Shown: positions 28,696 to 39,389, numbered from the stretch's first letter. The stretch: 64,000 nt of DNA from Syntrophomonadales bacterium (GCA_050951725.1 JBMNJO010000025.1:80394-144393), one strand, 5' to 3'. Notes: a model not told the origin generated them from the letters alone. Translations and numbers: made by a program.

Positions 28696-31047
28696 TTGTC
28701 ATTGACGATGAGAAAAAACAGTCGTATTAGCTGCATTATTGTAATCCTGGTTATCCTGGCCTTATTTGCTGGAACCAACAGCACCTGGGCGGTCGACACT
28801 GCTAAGGCCGTGGAAGCCCCGCAAATCCAGGTATACATAAACGGAGAGAACTGTACGGAAAAACTCTCCGCAGAAGGGGTACAGCCCCACCTTATTAGTG
28901 GCCGGACCTATCTGCCTCTACGTGCCATAGCTGAGCAGATGGGCATGTCGGTGCTTTGGGTCCCGGAAAGCAACAGCGTTTACATCGGTGATCTGAGCCA
29001 GAGCCCCAATCCGCTGCTGAGGTACCTTAGCACAGACGCTCTGACTCCACCGTTGGAAGAGATTAAACCGGAGCACTTTATCCCGGCCCTGGAATACTCA
29101 ATGGCCGTGGAACGGCAGGTGATTGAGGATATTATACATAACCCGGAGGCTCCGAGTTTCGCCAACACTGTAGAACCCTTGGAAAGACTTAACATGAGTG
29201 AAGAGATTGGCAATATAATAGTTGTCCTTTATAACGCTGCGAACACTGATGAGCTGCAAAAAGTAGTTGAGGAAGCGTTGGTGCTCCTCTCCAACCATAA
29301 GAACGATATCTTCTTCAATAAAGCTCTCTTTGACCGGGTGTCCCAGGCCCGCCGGCAGGCCAGCACCCGGGATCTGACTCCAGAGCAGTTGACGCTTTTA
29401 GAGAAGTACCACCAGTTGTTTATTAATAATGGGGTCAACTTGACTGCAGAACAGCAGGATCGGGTGCGCCAGATTAACAGCCGCCTGGAAAGTCTCTCCA
29501 ACCGATACTATTCCAACGTGCTGGAAGACACCAGTGCCGGATATTTGCTTATTACTGATCCCAAAGACCTGCAGGGCTTGCCTGATAGTTTGGTGCAAGA
29601 AGCTTATAAGGAGGCCAAATCCCGAGGAATGGATGGATGGTGCTTCACCATGGATTATCCTACCGTATCTTTATTTCTCAGCCGTGCCGATAACCGGGAA
29701 AAACGCCGGGAAATGGACCAGATTTTCAGATCTATTGGAATGATGACTCCGGAAACGGATAACCGGGAGATCGTGAAGGAAATTGTTAACCTGAGACTGG
29801 AAAAGGCTAAACTTCTAGGTGTCCCCAGTTATGCGGACTGCGTTTTGCAGAGCAGGATGGTCGAAAACAAGGAGGCGGTAATGAGTTTTCTGAACGAACT
29901 GGTGGACGTGGCTTTACCGGCCGCTCGGGAAGAAATCAAAATGATTGAGGAGTATGCTTGGAACAAGGGTTTTGAAGGCCCAGTGGCCAGCTATGATTTT
30001 TCCTATTTCGCTTCTCAATTGCTACAGGAGAAATACAGTTTTGATAGAGAGGCTTTGCGCCCTTATTTTGAATTAAATCAGGTTAAAGCGGGAGTATTTG
30101 AGCTGGCGAAAAGACTGTATGGCCTGCGCTTCGTTCAAAATGAACAGATTCAGGTTTACCATCCCGAAGTAAAGGCCTACGAAGTGTATGACGAGAATGA
30201 CCGTTTACGGGGAATTCTTTATCTCGATTATTTTGTCCGTGAAGGGAAGGGTGAAGGGGCCTGGGCCACCGCTTTCAGGTCTCAGGAAAAGAATGATGGG
30301 AAGGATGTACTTCCTCTGATCAACCTGGTTTATAATTTCCCCGTCCCGGGGGAAGATGGTTCATCCCTGCTGTCCTTCTACGATGTCACCACCTTTTTCC
30401 ATGAATTCGGCCATGGAATGCATTTTATGCTGTCGGACGTCAACTATGCAAGCCTTTCCGCCCTGGGAGTTGCCATGGATTTCGCGGAACTCCCTTCAAC
30501 CCTTATGGAAAACTGGGCTTATGAGAAAGAATTTCTCCACCTTTTTGCCCGTGATTACAAAACCGGGAAGCCACTCTCTGATGAAACCATCGATCGTTTA
30601 AGTGAAATGCGTACTGTACTAAATGCTGGTGGATTTATGGCCCAGCTGCAGTACTCGCTGCTGGACATGGGCTGGCATACCATAACTGAGCCGGTTAACA
30701 TTTCGGTAGAAGACTTTGAGAATCAAATCCTGGAGGATATTCGTTACGTATCTCCCCAGCCCGTAGAAATCGAGAGTACAAACTTTACTCATTTGTTTGA
30801 TAGTGACGATTATGCTGCCAGCTATTACAGTTACATTTGGTCAGACGCGTTGCAAGCCGATGTCTACGACGTGTTTAAGCAAAGCGGCATAATGGACCGA
30901 AAGACCGGCGAAGCGTTTCGGAATAAAGTCTTATCCAAGGGAGCCTCAGTTGATCCTATGATTCTGTTTAAGAATTTTGTCGGGCGGGAACCCTCAACCG
31001 AGGCCTTATTGAAGCGAGAGGGATTGTTGAAAGACGCTCTGCAATAA
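28696..31047 (+). CDS. secreted M3-family peptidyl-dipeptidase / oligopeptidase with an N-terminal copper-amine-oxidase-like stalk domain
   Basis: It has a signal peptide, then VYINGENC...GRTYLPLRAIAEQMGMSVLW and the zinc motif HEFGHGMH. Confidence 0.9.
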   Translation: MSLTMRKNSRISCIIVILVILALFAGTNSTWAVDTAKAVEAPQIQVYINGENCTEKLSAEGVQPHLISGRTYLPLRAIAEQMGMSVLWVPESNSVYIGDLSQSPNPLLRYLSTDALTPPLEEIKPEHFIPALEYSMAVERQVIEDIIHNPEAPSFANTVEPLERLNMSEEIGNIIVVLYNAANTDELQKVVEEALVLLSNHKNDIFFNKALFDRVSQARRQASTRDLTPEQLTLLEKYHQLFINNGVNLTAEQQDRVRQINSRLESLSNRYYSNVLEDTSAGYLLITDPKDLQGLPDSLVQEAYKEAKSRGMDGWCFTMDYPTVSLFLSRADNREKRREMDQIFRSIGMMTPETDNREIVKEIVNLRLEKAKLLGVPSYADCVLQSRMVENKEAVMSFLNELVDVALPAAREEIKMIEEYAWNKGFEGPVASYDFSYFASQLLQEKYSFDREALRPYFELNQVKAGVFELAKRLYGLRFVQNEQIQVYHPEVKAYEVYDENDRLRGILYLDYFVREGKGEGAWATAFRSQEKNDGKDVLPLINLVYNFPVPGEDGSSLLSFYDVTTFFHEFGHGMHFMLSDVNYASLSALGVAMDFAELPSTLMENWAYEKEFLHLFARDYKTGKPLSDETIDRLSEMRTVLNAGGFMAQLQYSLLDMGWHTITEPVNISVEDFENQILEDIRYVSPQPVEIESTNFTHLFDSDDYAASYYSYIWSDALQADVYDVFKQSGIMDRKTGEAFRNKVLSKGASVDPMILFKNFVGREPSTEALLKREGLLKDALQ

Positions 31048-31144
31048 ATACATAAGTATGAGATCTGCCGGGGACTGGTCAATTGAAGTACCAGTCCCTG
31101 ACGGCCCAACGGGTCTGGTATAAATAAGAGGGGAGGGTGATAAG

Positions 31145-31600
31145 TTGAAAAGATTTCTAATAGTGGCTCTATTGCTCCTGATGGCTCTGTTTTTAAATGC
31201 CTGCTCCAACCCGAACGCAAAACGAGTTGTTAATTCAGATCAGGCACCCGCGGCCATTGGATCGTATTCCCAGGCTATCCAGGCAGGAGATATGATCTAC
31301 ACCTCGGGACAGATTGCATTGGATCCGGCAACCGGGGAGATGGTTTCATCGGATATCAAAGCTCAAACCGAGCAGGCCATGGAGAATCTCAAGAAGGTAA
31401 TTGAGGCTGGAGGCAGTGATTTGAGCCAGGTGGTCAAAGTCACCCTTTATATCAAAGATATGGATGACTTTAGCGCGATTAATGAGATTTATGGCAGCTA
31501 TTTTACGGACAATTACCCGGCCAGGTCCTGTGTGGAGGTCTCTGAGCTGCCCAAAGGCGCTCTAATTGAAATAGAGGCAATTGCTGCAGTAAGCAAATAG
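31145..31600 (+). CDS. RidA/YjgF family deaminase with a lipoprotein signal peptide
   Basis: It has the lipobox LFLNAC and the RidA core APAAIGSYSQAI...SGQIALDP...ARSCVEV..LPKGALIEIEA. Confidence 0.85.
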   Translation: MKRFLIVALLLLMALFLNACSNPNAKRVVNSDQAPAAIGSYSQAIQAGDMIYTSGQIALDPATGEMVSSDIKAQTEQAMENLKKVIEAGGSDLSQVVKVTLYIKDMDDFSAINEIYGSYFTDNYPARSCVEVSELPKGALIEIEAIAAVSK

Positions 31601-31723
31601 GCATTGCAATACATCACTGTGATCAATGGTGACACGCGGCAGATGAGACAAAAGTCTCTATTAACATTGTTTGGTCGGCGAATTCAAGGCAAAGACAAAA
31701 TCCTCAGGTTTCTGATTGCGTAT

Positions 31724-31750
31724 GATGCACGGGGACTGTCCCCGTGCATC
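31724..31750. repeat. palindrome GATGCACGGGGAC-T-GTCCCCGTGCATC
   Basis: It has perfect 13-nt arms between convergent genes. It contains the same GGGGACTGTCCCC 13-mer as 21188-21200. Confidence 0.8.
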
Positions 31751-31757
31751 ACCGAGT

Positions 31758-33299
31758 TTACATCAACGGTGCAAACAACCGTAGTATAGTCATGAGCAGG
31801 GCTTTTGACCAGTGAACCCTCCTGATATCATCCAGCGTGATCTCCTGGCAGACCGTCAGGGTTTCTTCAAAATCCCTTTTTATGTCCCCTATACAACGAC
31901 AGCGGTAGAGCCAGATGCCGCACTCAAAATGCAGGTAAAGACTGCGGAAGTCCAGATTGATGGTTCCTACCACCCCGTAATCGTCATCAACCACGAAGGT
32001 CTTGGAATGGATAAACCCCGGCAGGTACTCATAGATCTTGACCCCGCTCTCCACCAGGGTACGATAATAGGACCGGGAGACCGTATGCACGTACCACTTG
32101 TCAGGGTGGTGGGGGGTAATAATACGCACGTCAACCCCGCTTTTCGCCGCCAGACTGAGGGCAGTCACCATCTCATGGCCAATGATCAAGTAGGGGGTGG
32201 TGATGTAGACATAACGCTTGGCCCGGTTGATAAGATTCAGGTATACTAGTTCACTGACCGGTTCATCGTCCAGGGGGCTGTCCCCGAATGGCTGCACATA
32301 ACCATCACTGGCGAAGGCAATGCTCATATCCTGTTCGGGTTGATAAGGCCATGGGTTCTCTTTAACCCCTTTGACATAATCCCACATGGATAGGAACATG
32401 ACCGTCAGGCTCCACACGGCATCTCCCTTGATCATGATGGAGGCATCCTTCCAGTGGCCGTACTTCTCAAATCTATTGATGTATTCATCCGCCAGGTTTA
32501 TACCTCCGGTAAAACCGGTGTGGCCGTCGATTACTGCAATTTTGCGGTGATCCCGGTTGTTGTGTCTCCTCAACAGCAGTGGGATCAAGGGATGGAAAAC
32601 GCCGCATTTGATGCCCGTGCTTTCCAGAATTTTATCGTATTGGTACGGAAGGGTGGCCAGGCACCCGGCATCATCATAGATGACCCGAACATCGACTCCT
32701 TGGGCGGCTTTCTCCCTAAGTACCTTAAGGATGCTTTTCCACATATAACCTTCATCAATGATGAAGTACTCCAAAAAGATGAAGCGCTTTGCCTTCTGCA
32801 GTTCCTCCATCAACCGGGCAAACTTGACTTCGCCGCTGGGCAGGTACTCGGCCTCGGTATTGCGGTACGGTGGATAGTAAGAGTACTGCTGGATGTACCG
32901 CGACTGGTTTCCCGCATCAGCATCCTCACCTTCAATCAACTCCAGACAGCCGGTGTCCGGGCCCAGTGCTTCTTTTGTATGCCGCAGGATCGGCCACATT
33001 CGCTCTCTCGCCCGCCGGCCGGTTCTATTGCCGCCGAAGAAGAAATAGAAAAGCGCGCCGAAGATGGGAAACAGCAGGATGGGTACTATCCAGGCGATCT
33101 TGTAGGCCGGATTGCTTTTGTTGTTGAGAACCCAGATGAATGCCAGGGCCCCGATAAAAATATTGACCCCGTAGAATACCTCAAAGTACTGATTAAAGCG
33201 CAGGATAACCTCAACCATCACCACCAACTGAATGATGGCTGCAGTTACCAGAAGGACGATTCTGTTGTATATCAGGAATCTTTTCATAGTGCTTTTCAT
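31758..33299 (-). CDS. cls: cardiolipin synthase
   Basis: It has N-terminal TM helices and two HKD motifs (HRKIAVIDGHTGFTGGINL; HSKTFVVDDDYGVVGTINL). The start is uncertain (33299, 33287 or GTG 33362). Confidence 0.85.
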   Translation of the reverse strand: MKSTMKRFLIYNRIVLLVTAAIIQLVVMVEVILRFNQYFEVFYGVNIFIGALAFIWVLNNKSNPAYKIAWIVPILLFPIFGALFYFFFGGNRTGRRARERMWPILRHTKEALGPDTGCLELIEGEDADAGNQSRYIQQYSYYPPYRNTEAEYLPSGEVKFARLMEELQKAKRFIFLEYFIIDEGYMWKSILKVLREKAAQGVDVRVIYDDAGCLATLPYQYDKILESTGIKCGVFHPLIPLLLRRHNNRDHRKIAVIDGHTGFTGGINLADEYINRFEKYGHWKDASIMIKGDAVWSLTVMFLSMWDYVKGVKENPWPYQPEQDMSIAFASDGYVQPFGDSPLDDEPVSELVYLNLINRAKRYVYITTPYLIIGHEMVTALSLAAKSGVDVRIITPHHPDKWYVHTVSRSYYRTLVESGVKIYEYLPGFIHSKTFVVDDDYGVVGTINLDFRSLYLHFECGIWLYRCRCIGDIKRDFEETLTVCQEITLDDIRRVHWSKALLMTILRLFAPLM

Positions 33300-33461
33300 C
33301 CAAGTTGAATTACTGGCATGTATGTATGTCACTATGCAGCTTTGTTGACAGCTGTATCCCACTTCCTCTTAATTATAATAGATTGCGCACCACCCAAGGC
33401 ACAGTGTCAATCTTTTCCCTTGTTATTGAACGCCGGCAAAATCTTTTGATATTTGGTCATT

Positions 33462-35327
33462 CTATTCCTCGTACAGCTTATCAATCAAAGGCTTATACTT
33501 CTGGTCAATAAACTTCCGCTTCAGTTTAAGGGTCGGGGTCAGCTCACCGGCCTCCTGAGTCAGCTCCTGGGGCAGCAGGACGAACTTCTTGATCTTCTCG
33601 ACCTGGCCCAGGGTTTTGGTCTTCTCTTCGATAAGACCTTCATAGAACTTGTAAACCGCCGGATTCTTTATAATCTCTTCCGGTGAAGTATACTCAATAT
33701 TATTCTTCTTGCAGTAATCTTCCAGCATGACGAAGTTGGGCACCACCAGAGCCGAGAGGAACTTTCTACCTTCGCCGATGCAGACAAACTGGGAGATAAA
33801 CACCTCATTGCCAACGAGGGATTCAATCTGCTGCGGTGAGATATTCTTCCCACCGGCGGTGATGATGAGTTCCTTTATCCGGTCGGTTATCTTGATGTAT
33901 GTCAATCGCTCGCCGTTTTTCTCTTTATGGTACAACTCGCCTATGTCCCCGGTCTTGAACCATCCGTCCTCGGTCAAAACCGCCTGGCTCGCTTCCGGGT
34001 TCTTGTAGTATCCGGTCATGGACATGCCACCCTTAAGCTGGACCTCTCCCTCGTCGGAGATTCTGACCTGGGCCATGGAGAGCAGGCACCCGCAGTACCC
34101 GGGGATGGCGTTATCCCGGTAACCGACGCAAACCGGGAAAAACTCGGTCAAGCCGTAGCCCATGGCGATATTTATGCCAATCGCCTGGAAGAACTCATTG
34201 ACATCAGGGGCAAAGGCCGACCCGCCCACATGATAGATATTGCAGTTTTCGGCTCCCAGCATCGTTCGTATCTTGCTGAATACCAGTTTATCCGCGATCT
34301 TGTACTTGAGGCCGTACCTGTCATTCCGATAAGCCTGAATACCTACTCCCTTGGCCCATTCAAACATTCTGTATTTCAAACCGCCCGCATTTTTCATCCC
34401 GGCATGAATGGTACCATATACTTTATCCCATACCCGCGGAACACTGGTCATAAAATGAGGCCGGAAGTGAACCATGTATTCCAGGAAATCCGTCGGGTTA
34501 GGACAGTAACCGATCTGCACCCCGATGCTCATGCAGCCGTAGGACCACAGCCTTTCAAATATATGCGACAAGGGCAGGATTGAAAGGGAAACGTAATGGG
34601 GGCCGGCCTCAGGGTAACGCAGCGAAGGAAAAATCCCGGCCAGAAAGCTCCGGTGAGTATGTACGGCCCCTTTGGGATTGCCGGTGGTTCCTGAGGTATA
34701 TATTATGGTGACTATATCATCGGGATCGACGTTATTGAGCCTTTCCTCAAACTCCTTACCGTTATTGAGAAGTCTCCCCTTTTCAATGAGCTTGCTCAGG
34801 TAAACGCTGTTATCTCCGGAGATTTCGATGTTGTCCTGCATGGCGACAATGTACTTCAGATACCTGTTGTCGGCAATAATTTGCCGGGCTTTGTTGTACT
34901 GTTCCTGATTCCCGACGAATACAACCTTAACCTCCGCGTCGTTGATAATGTACTCTGCTTCCTCCTTGGAGTTGGTTGCGTAGATGGGCACTGAGACGGC
35001 CCGGGTGGCCAGAATCCCCAAATCGGAAACCGCCCATTCTGAACAATTGACTGAGAATATGGAGCACATATCACCGGCTTCGATCCCCATGTCAATAAGG
35101 GATTTGGCCAAAGCCGTAATCTGCTCCCCAAACTCCGTCCAGGTGAGCGACTCCCACTCTCCATTAACGTTCTTTTGGGTAAGTGCTGTGGTGTCTTTAA
35201 AGATTGGTGCGTTCTTCAGGATCATGAAAGCCAGGGTCTTGTTCTCCGCCAGGTATTGCTTGAATCCTCCATCCCAATCATGATCACTGTCACGCCACAC
35301 CGGCATGTTTCGGGTTGCGTTATGCAT
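33462..35327 (-). CDS. long-chain acyl-CoA synthetase (AMP-forming)
   Basis: 621 aa with YTSGTTGNPKGAVHTH and GWFKTGDIG. Confidence 0.9.
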   Translation of the reverse strand: MHNATRNMPVWRDSDHDWDGGFKQYLAENKTLAFMILKNAPIFKDTTALTQKNVNGEWESLTWTEFGEQITALAKSLIDMGIEAGDMCSIFSVNCSEWAVSDLGILATRAVSVPIYATNSKEEAEYIINDAEVKVVFVGNQEQYNKARQIIADNRYLKYIVAMQDNIEISGDNSVYLSKLIEKGRLLNNGKEFEERLNNVDPDDIVTIIYTSGTTGNPKGAVHTHRSFLAGIFPSLRYPEAGPHYVSLSILPLSHIFERLWSYGCMSIGVQIGYCPNPTDFLEYMVHFRPHFMTSVPRVWDKVYGTIHAGMKNAGGLKYRMFEWAKGVGIQAYRNDRYGLKYKIADKLVFSKIRTMLGAENCNIYHVGGSAFAPDVNEFFQAIGINIAMGYGLTEFFPVCVGYRDNAIPGYCGCLLSMAQVRISDEGEVQLKGGMSMTGYYKNPEASQAVLTEDGWFKTGDIGELYHKEKNGERLTYIKITDRIKELIITAGGKNISPQQIESLVGNEVFISQFVCIGEGRKFLSALVVPNFVMLEDYCKKNNIEYTSPEEIIKNPAVYKFYEGLIEEKTKTLGQVEKIKKFVLLPQELTQEAGELTPTLKLKRKFIDQKYKPLIDKLYEE

Positions 35328-35712
35328 GTATCTTCCCCCCTCCGTTGGTATGTATTGACATCGCTGGCCTTATTATCATTTGAAGCGACAATATAGTCAA
35401 TATATTCGGAAGGTTAAGCCGCATCGAAAGGGCGTGACAGGGGACGTTTAAGCCCGCCGCTTAGGTCTGTTTGGGCAGCCAAACCCAACGTTTATAACCC
35501 TGTGAGTGCAAGATAGTAAGATACGTTGGACTTGCAGCAGAATTAATCATAATCTTTAACAAAATCTAATATCTCTGACTATTGTCAATAAGTGGCTTTC
35601 CATCCACCATTTTTATTGATATATTATAAAAAATGGTTGAAATAACCAAAGGCTCATATCAAAGGTTAATTGAAAGCTGGTGACCCAGGCATGGGGATGT
35701 TCTATATTCTTT

Positions 35713-35727
35713 TGGCAGAGCCAGTGC
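35713..35727 (+). promoter_or_regulatory. weak candidate sigma-54 promoter
   Basis: TGGCAG-agcca-GTGC has GG and GC at the correct spacing, but the -12 element is GTGC rather than TTGC. It lies about 290 nt upstream of ATG 36006. Confidence 0.3.
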
Positions 35728-36005
35728 GGCCAAACTTCTTTACCTGAGGTTAAGAAGTACACCTGATTTATGTCAACAGGCACTTCTCAAGCAGATTCCG
35801 GGTTTGTCCAACACCCTATTACCGAGACCTTTCACAACAATTTCCTATGCTCTTACCGGCTTCAAAGGACCTGACTTGAAGGAGGTGGGTTGTTTTATCT
35901 TGCCTGGTTTCAAGGCTGTTACCCAGTGGTGATGCGGTACGCTACTCCGTATGGTCTGGACAAGATTCCGCTCAACGATTCCATTCATAGTTAGGAGGAT
36001 TGCCG

Positions 36006-37478
36006 ATGAGAACCAAAGAGCAATATATTGAAGACCTGAAGAAAAAGAACCCGAACCTCTATTATAACGGGAAAAAGATTGATCGCCTTGACCCCATGCA
36101 GCTTCCGGCGATCAATGTAATGGGGACGACCTTCGAGGCCGCTATGGATCCGGAATATAAGGACCTGTGTACAGCCACCTCCCATTTGACCGGAGAAACC
36201 ATCAACCGGTTCACTCATATCCACCAGAATATTGATGATCTGCATAAGAAACAGGATATGACGAGAAAACTGGGCAATCTGGTGGGGGGATGTATCCAAA
36301 GATGTATGGGAACTGACGCCGCCAATGCTATCAACTGTGTATCCTTTGAAGCCAGTAAAAACCCGGATCGGAAAACCGACTATCATGCCAACTTCCTCAA
36401 GTGGCTGGAATACTTCCAGAAGAACGACCTGGTCGGCAGTTGTGCTCAAACCGACCAAAAAGGTGAGAGGCTAAAAAGGCCCTCCCAGCAGACCGACCCG
36501 GATATGTATCTCCATGTCGTATCGGAGAATGCTGATGGCATAGTGGTGCGGGGCTGCAAGGTCCACATCTCCGAGGCTTCGATTTCAGATGAAATCTTAG
36601 TAGTGCCTAACCGCGCACTACTGCCGGAGGAAAAGCAATACGCAGTCTGCTTTGCCATACCCTCCGACCATCCTCAGATTAAACAGGTTGTGAGCTTCCA
36701 TAACTACTTCCAACGAGAGGTGTATCATAAAGGCTTTATCGGCGGTTATACGGATTCCTACATCATCTTCGAAGACACCTTTGTTCCCTGGGAGAGGGTC
36801 TTCCTGTGCGGGGAAACCCAGCATGGTGGTATAGCAGCCCTGTTATTCGCTCTTTTCCATCGTCACAGCTATTCCGGGTGTAAACCGGCTACCCTCGACT
36901 ACATTATTGGGATGGCCAGCCTGGCTGCCGAAATCAATGGGATTGAGAAAACCCCGCATTTTAGAGCCAAGCTGTCCGAACTTATCCTGACTGGTGAACT
37001 GGGCTATGCTGCTGGTTTTACCTCTTCACACCTGGGTTCACCTCAGGTTTATATGCCCGGGAAGGGATTGGTTCCGTATGGACCCGGCAGTTATATCCCC
37101 CATTCCATTTATGCCAATGTAGGGAGATGCCTGACCGGAGAAGCAGTATTCCGTGAACAGGAAATACTGTGCAACATCGCTGGTGGATTGCCAGCCACCT
37201 TCCCGTATGAAAGAGACTTTACCAACCCGGAAACCAAGGACCTCCTGGAGAAGTACCTCAAACGCAATCCCCGGATGCCGATTGACGATCAGATCAAGTT
37301 CTGGTACCAATTCATCGATTTTACCTGTTCTCATTCGGCCGGGTCCAAGGGCTATGGACAATACCATGGCGGAGGGTCGCCGATTATGGAACAGATCGCG
37401 ATAACCTCACAATATGACGTCAAGTCAAGGAAAGAAAACGTCAGAAGACTGGCTGGCATGAGGCCTTCGGAAGGATAA
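36006..37478 (+). CDS. 4-hydroxybutyryl-CoA dehydratase family protein (AbfD-like), paralog 2
   Basis: It is collinear with 8107..9603 and highly similar by eye along the full length. It has the same CIQRCMG and HRHSYSGCKP motifs. The SD is AGGAGG at 35992-35997. Confidence 0.8.
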   Translation: MRTKEQYIEDLKKKNPNLYYNGKKIDRLDPMQLPAINVMGTTFEAAMDPEYKDLCTATSHLTGETINRFTHIHQNIDDLHKKQDMTRKLGNLVGGCIQRCMGTDAANAINCVSFEASKNPDRKTDYHANFLKWLEYFQKNDLVGSCAQTDQKGERLKRPSQQTDPDMYLHVVSENADGIVVRGCKVHISEASISDEILVVPNRALLPEEKQYAVCFAIPSDHPQIKQVVSFHNYFQREVYHKGFIGGYTDSYIIFEDTFVPWERVFLCGETQHGGIAALLFALFHRHSYSGCKPATLDYIIGMASLAAEINGIEKTPHFRAKLSELILTGELGYAAGFTSSHLGSPQVYMPGKGLVPYGPGSYIPHSIYANVGRCLTGEAVFREQEILCNIAGGLPATFPYERDFTNPETKDLLEKYLKRNPRMPIDDQIKFWYQFIDFTCSHSAGSKGYGQYHGGGSPIMEQIAITSQYDVKSRKENVRRLAGMRPSEG

Positions 37479-37672
37479 GGAAAAGAAGAAAACAGTAAAA
37501 CGTTAGCCATACCTGGTTAGACGCAGAGTGTGGAGTTCCTGACCGATTCCCAATGAAGCAACCAATCAAGTATATTCCCCAATAGAGCATAAAGGGTGCG
37601 TCTCCACATATAGGCGCACCCTTTAGAGTTTATCTGACTGCAATAGTTAATGCCAGTTTTTCTAAGTAGGAA

Positions 37673-38554
37673 CTACTCCAAATCAAAGGTATCCACGATT
37701 AAGTTGTCACACTCGTTCTTTGCCTTCTGGTAGGTTGCTTGGCTGTCAACCGTCCAGCCTAAAACCGGGACCCCCAGTTTCTTTAATCCCTTAAACGCCT
37801 TATAGCCGTCATTTTTGATCTCATAGGCAATAAAGTTGGGCCGGCTTTCGAAATTCATCAACATATTGGACAGTACAAACTTCTTGTACCATGGCAGGCG
37901 GGTAGTTCCCGCGTTCTCGACATCATAATCGCTGACAATAAAACTCCCCGCGAGCTGACCGCGTAACACATCAGGAGCATTGGTCCGGAACCACTTGACC
38001 GAATAAGGGTTGAATGACTGGATCGCATACTGGCCGTTATAGTCTTTTAACTCCTCATAGGTCAAACGTTCCAGTTCACCCACTGCACCCTCATTTTTGA
38101 TTTCTATAAGCAGCGGGACCTGGCCATCTACCACCTTAAGAACTTCGCTGAACAGAGGTATTCTCTCAGTTGAGCCGGGAAACTCTAACTTGGCCAACTC
38201 ATCATAAGTCATATCAAGCACATCTCCATCAACACCGAATAACCGCTTCAGCTTCTTATCATGGAATACCACCACCTGTTCATCCTTGGTCAGCGTGACA
38301 TCCAGTTCAATCGGGCAGCCTTTCTCAATGGCCCCGTAAAAGGCAGCTATCGTGTTTTCCGGCGTCTTATCGTCGTGCAGACCTCTATGTGCTATCCACG
38401 ACTCAGTTAACCAATCACCCCGATTATCACTGACGGGTTCAGCTTTTCGGGCGAAATTAACCAGCAGCAGAATGCCGACCAATAATATCGTAAGAATAAG
38501 TCCGGTTACAACCCATCTATTGGCAACCATAAAGGAGATACCTCTCTTTCCCAT
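37673..38554 (-). CDS. membrane-anchored glycerophosphodiester phosphodiesterase
   Basis: It has AHRGLHD...PENT...ELDV...VVFHD (GDPD motifs) and an N-terminal TM helix. The start may be ATG 38530. Confidence 0.85.
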   Translation of the reverse strand: MGKRGISFMVANRWVVTGLILTILLVGILLLVNFARKAEPVSDNRGDWLTESWIAHRGLHDDKTPENTIAAFYGAIEKGCPIELDVTLTKDEQVVVFHDKKLKRLFGVDGDVLDMTYDELAKLEFPGSTERIPLFSEVLKVVDGQVPLLIEIKNEGAVGELERLTYEELKDYNGQYAIQSFNPYSVKWFRTNAPDVLRGQLAGSFIVSDYDVENAGTTRLPWYKKFVLSNMLMNFESRPNFIAYEIKNDGYKAFKGLKKLGVPVLGWTVDSQATYQKAKNECDNLIVDTFDLE

Positions 38555-38798
38555 ATATTAATAGTTAAATTATATAATAACCAGCCATTATAGAGAACGG
38601 TTTTACGCTTATCCACCGGCAGGTTATCCTGAATTGCGGCACTGATTCGGGCTAATCGATACTTTCTGTATTACAACCGCCTAAGTGGCACAAAATAATG
38701 CAAGTCAATTGGGATTTTGTGGGCGTCTATCTGGATAGTTGGTAATTGCCAGATGGCAAGAAAGAGCCAAATCTCTTAAAGAAAAGGAGGCGCAGGTT

Positions 38799-39389
38799 AT
38801 GAAATTAAATGGCACCAAGACTGCGGAGAATCTAATGAAAGCCTTTGCCGGTGAGTCACAAGCCCGTAACCGTTACACATTTTACGCTTCGGTAGCGGAT
38901 AAAGAGGGCTATAAGCAGATCAAAAATATATTTATTGAAACGGCTGACAATGAGAAGGAACATGCCAAACGCCTTTACAAGTTTCTGCTCGCCGGTTTTG
39001 AAGGCGATCTGCCGGCTGTTATTGAGATTGAGGGTGGTTTCCCGGTTTCCCAGGGGACAACTTTGCAAAATTTGAAGGCTGCCGCCAACGGCGAATATGA
39101 AGAGTGGAACACTGATTATCCGGAATTTGCGAAGATTGCCCAGGAAGAAGGCTTCCCCGAGATAGCTGAAGCTTTTCGGGCGATTGCGCGAGCGGAAGCC
39201 AGGCATGAAACCAGGTTTAAGAAGCTGGCTGACAATGTTGAGAAGGGTCGGGTTTTCAAGAAAGAGGCCAAGACCCTATGGAAATGCGGGAACTGCGGAT
39301 ATGTTCACGAGGGAGAAGAAGCACCGGAGCACTGCCCGGCCTGTGTTCATCCCCAGGCTTATTTCGAGGTGTTTGCTGAGACCTATTAA
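38799..39389 (+). CDS. rbr: rubrerythrin
   Basis: It has TAENLMKAFAGESQARNRY, diiron E-x-x-H motifs and a C-terminal rubredoxin-like CGNCGY...CPAC. The SD is AAAGGAGG. Confidence 0.9.
   Translation: MKLNGTKTAENLMKAFAGESQARNRYTFYASVADKEGYKQIKNIFIETADNEKEHAKRLYKFLLAGFEGDLPAVIEIEGGFPVSQGTTLQNLKAAANGEYEEWNTDYPEFAKIAQEEGFPEIAEAFRAIARAEARHETRFKKLADNVEKGRVFKKEAKTLWKCGNCGYVHEGEEAPEHCPACVHPQAYFEVFAETY

Noticed and set aside
35890-35992. A 33-codon TTG-initiated ORF with a GAAGGAGG SD just upstream of abfD paralog 2, considered as a possible leader peptide.
   Set aside because: There is no counterpart upstream of paralog 1, the SD spacing is short (4 nt), and the sequence has no recognisable features. 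The evidence is insufficient to call.
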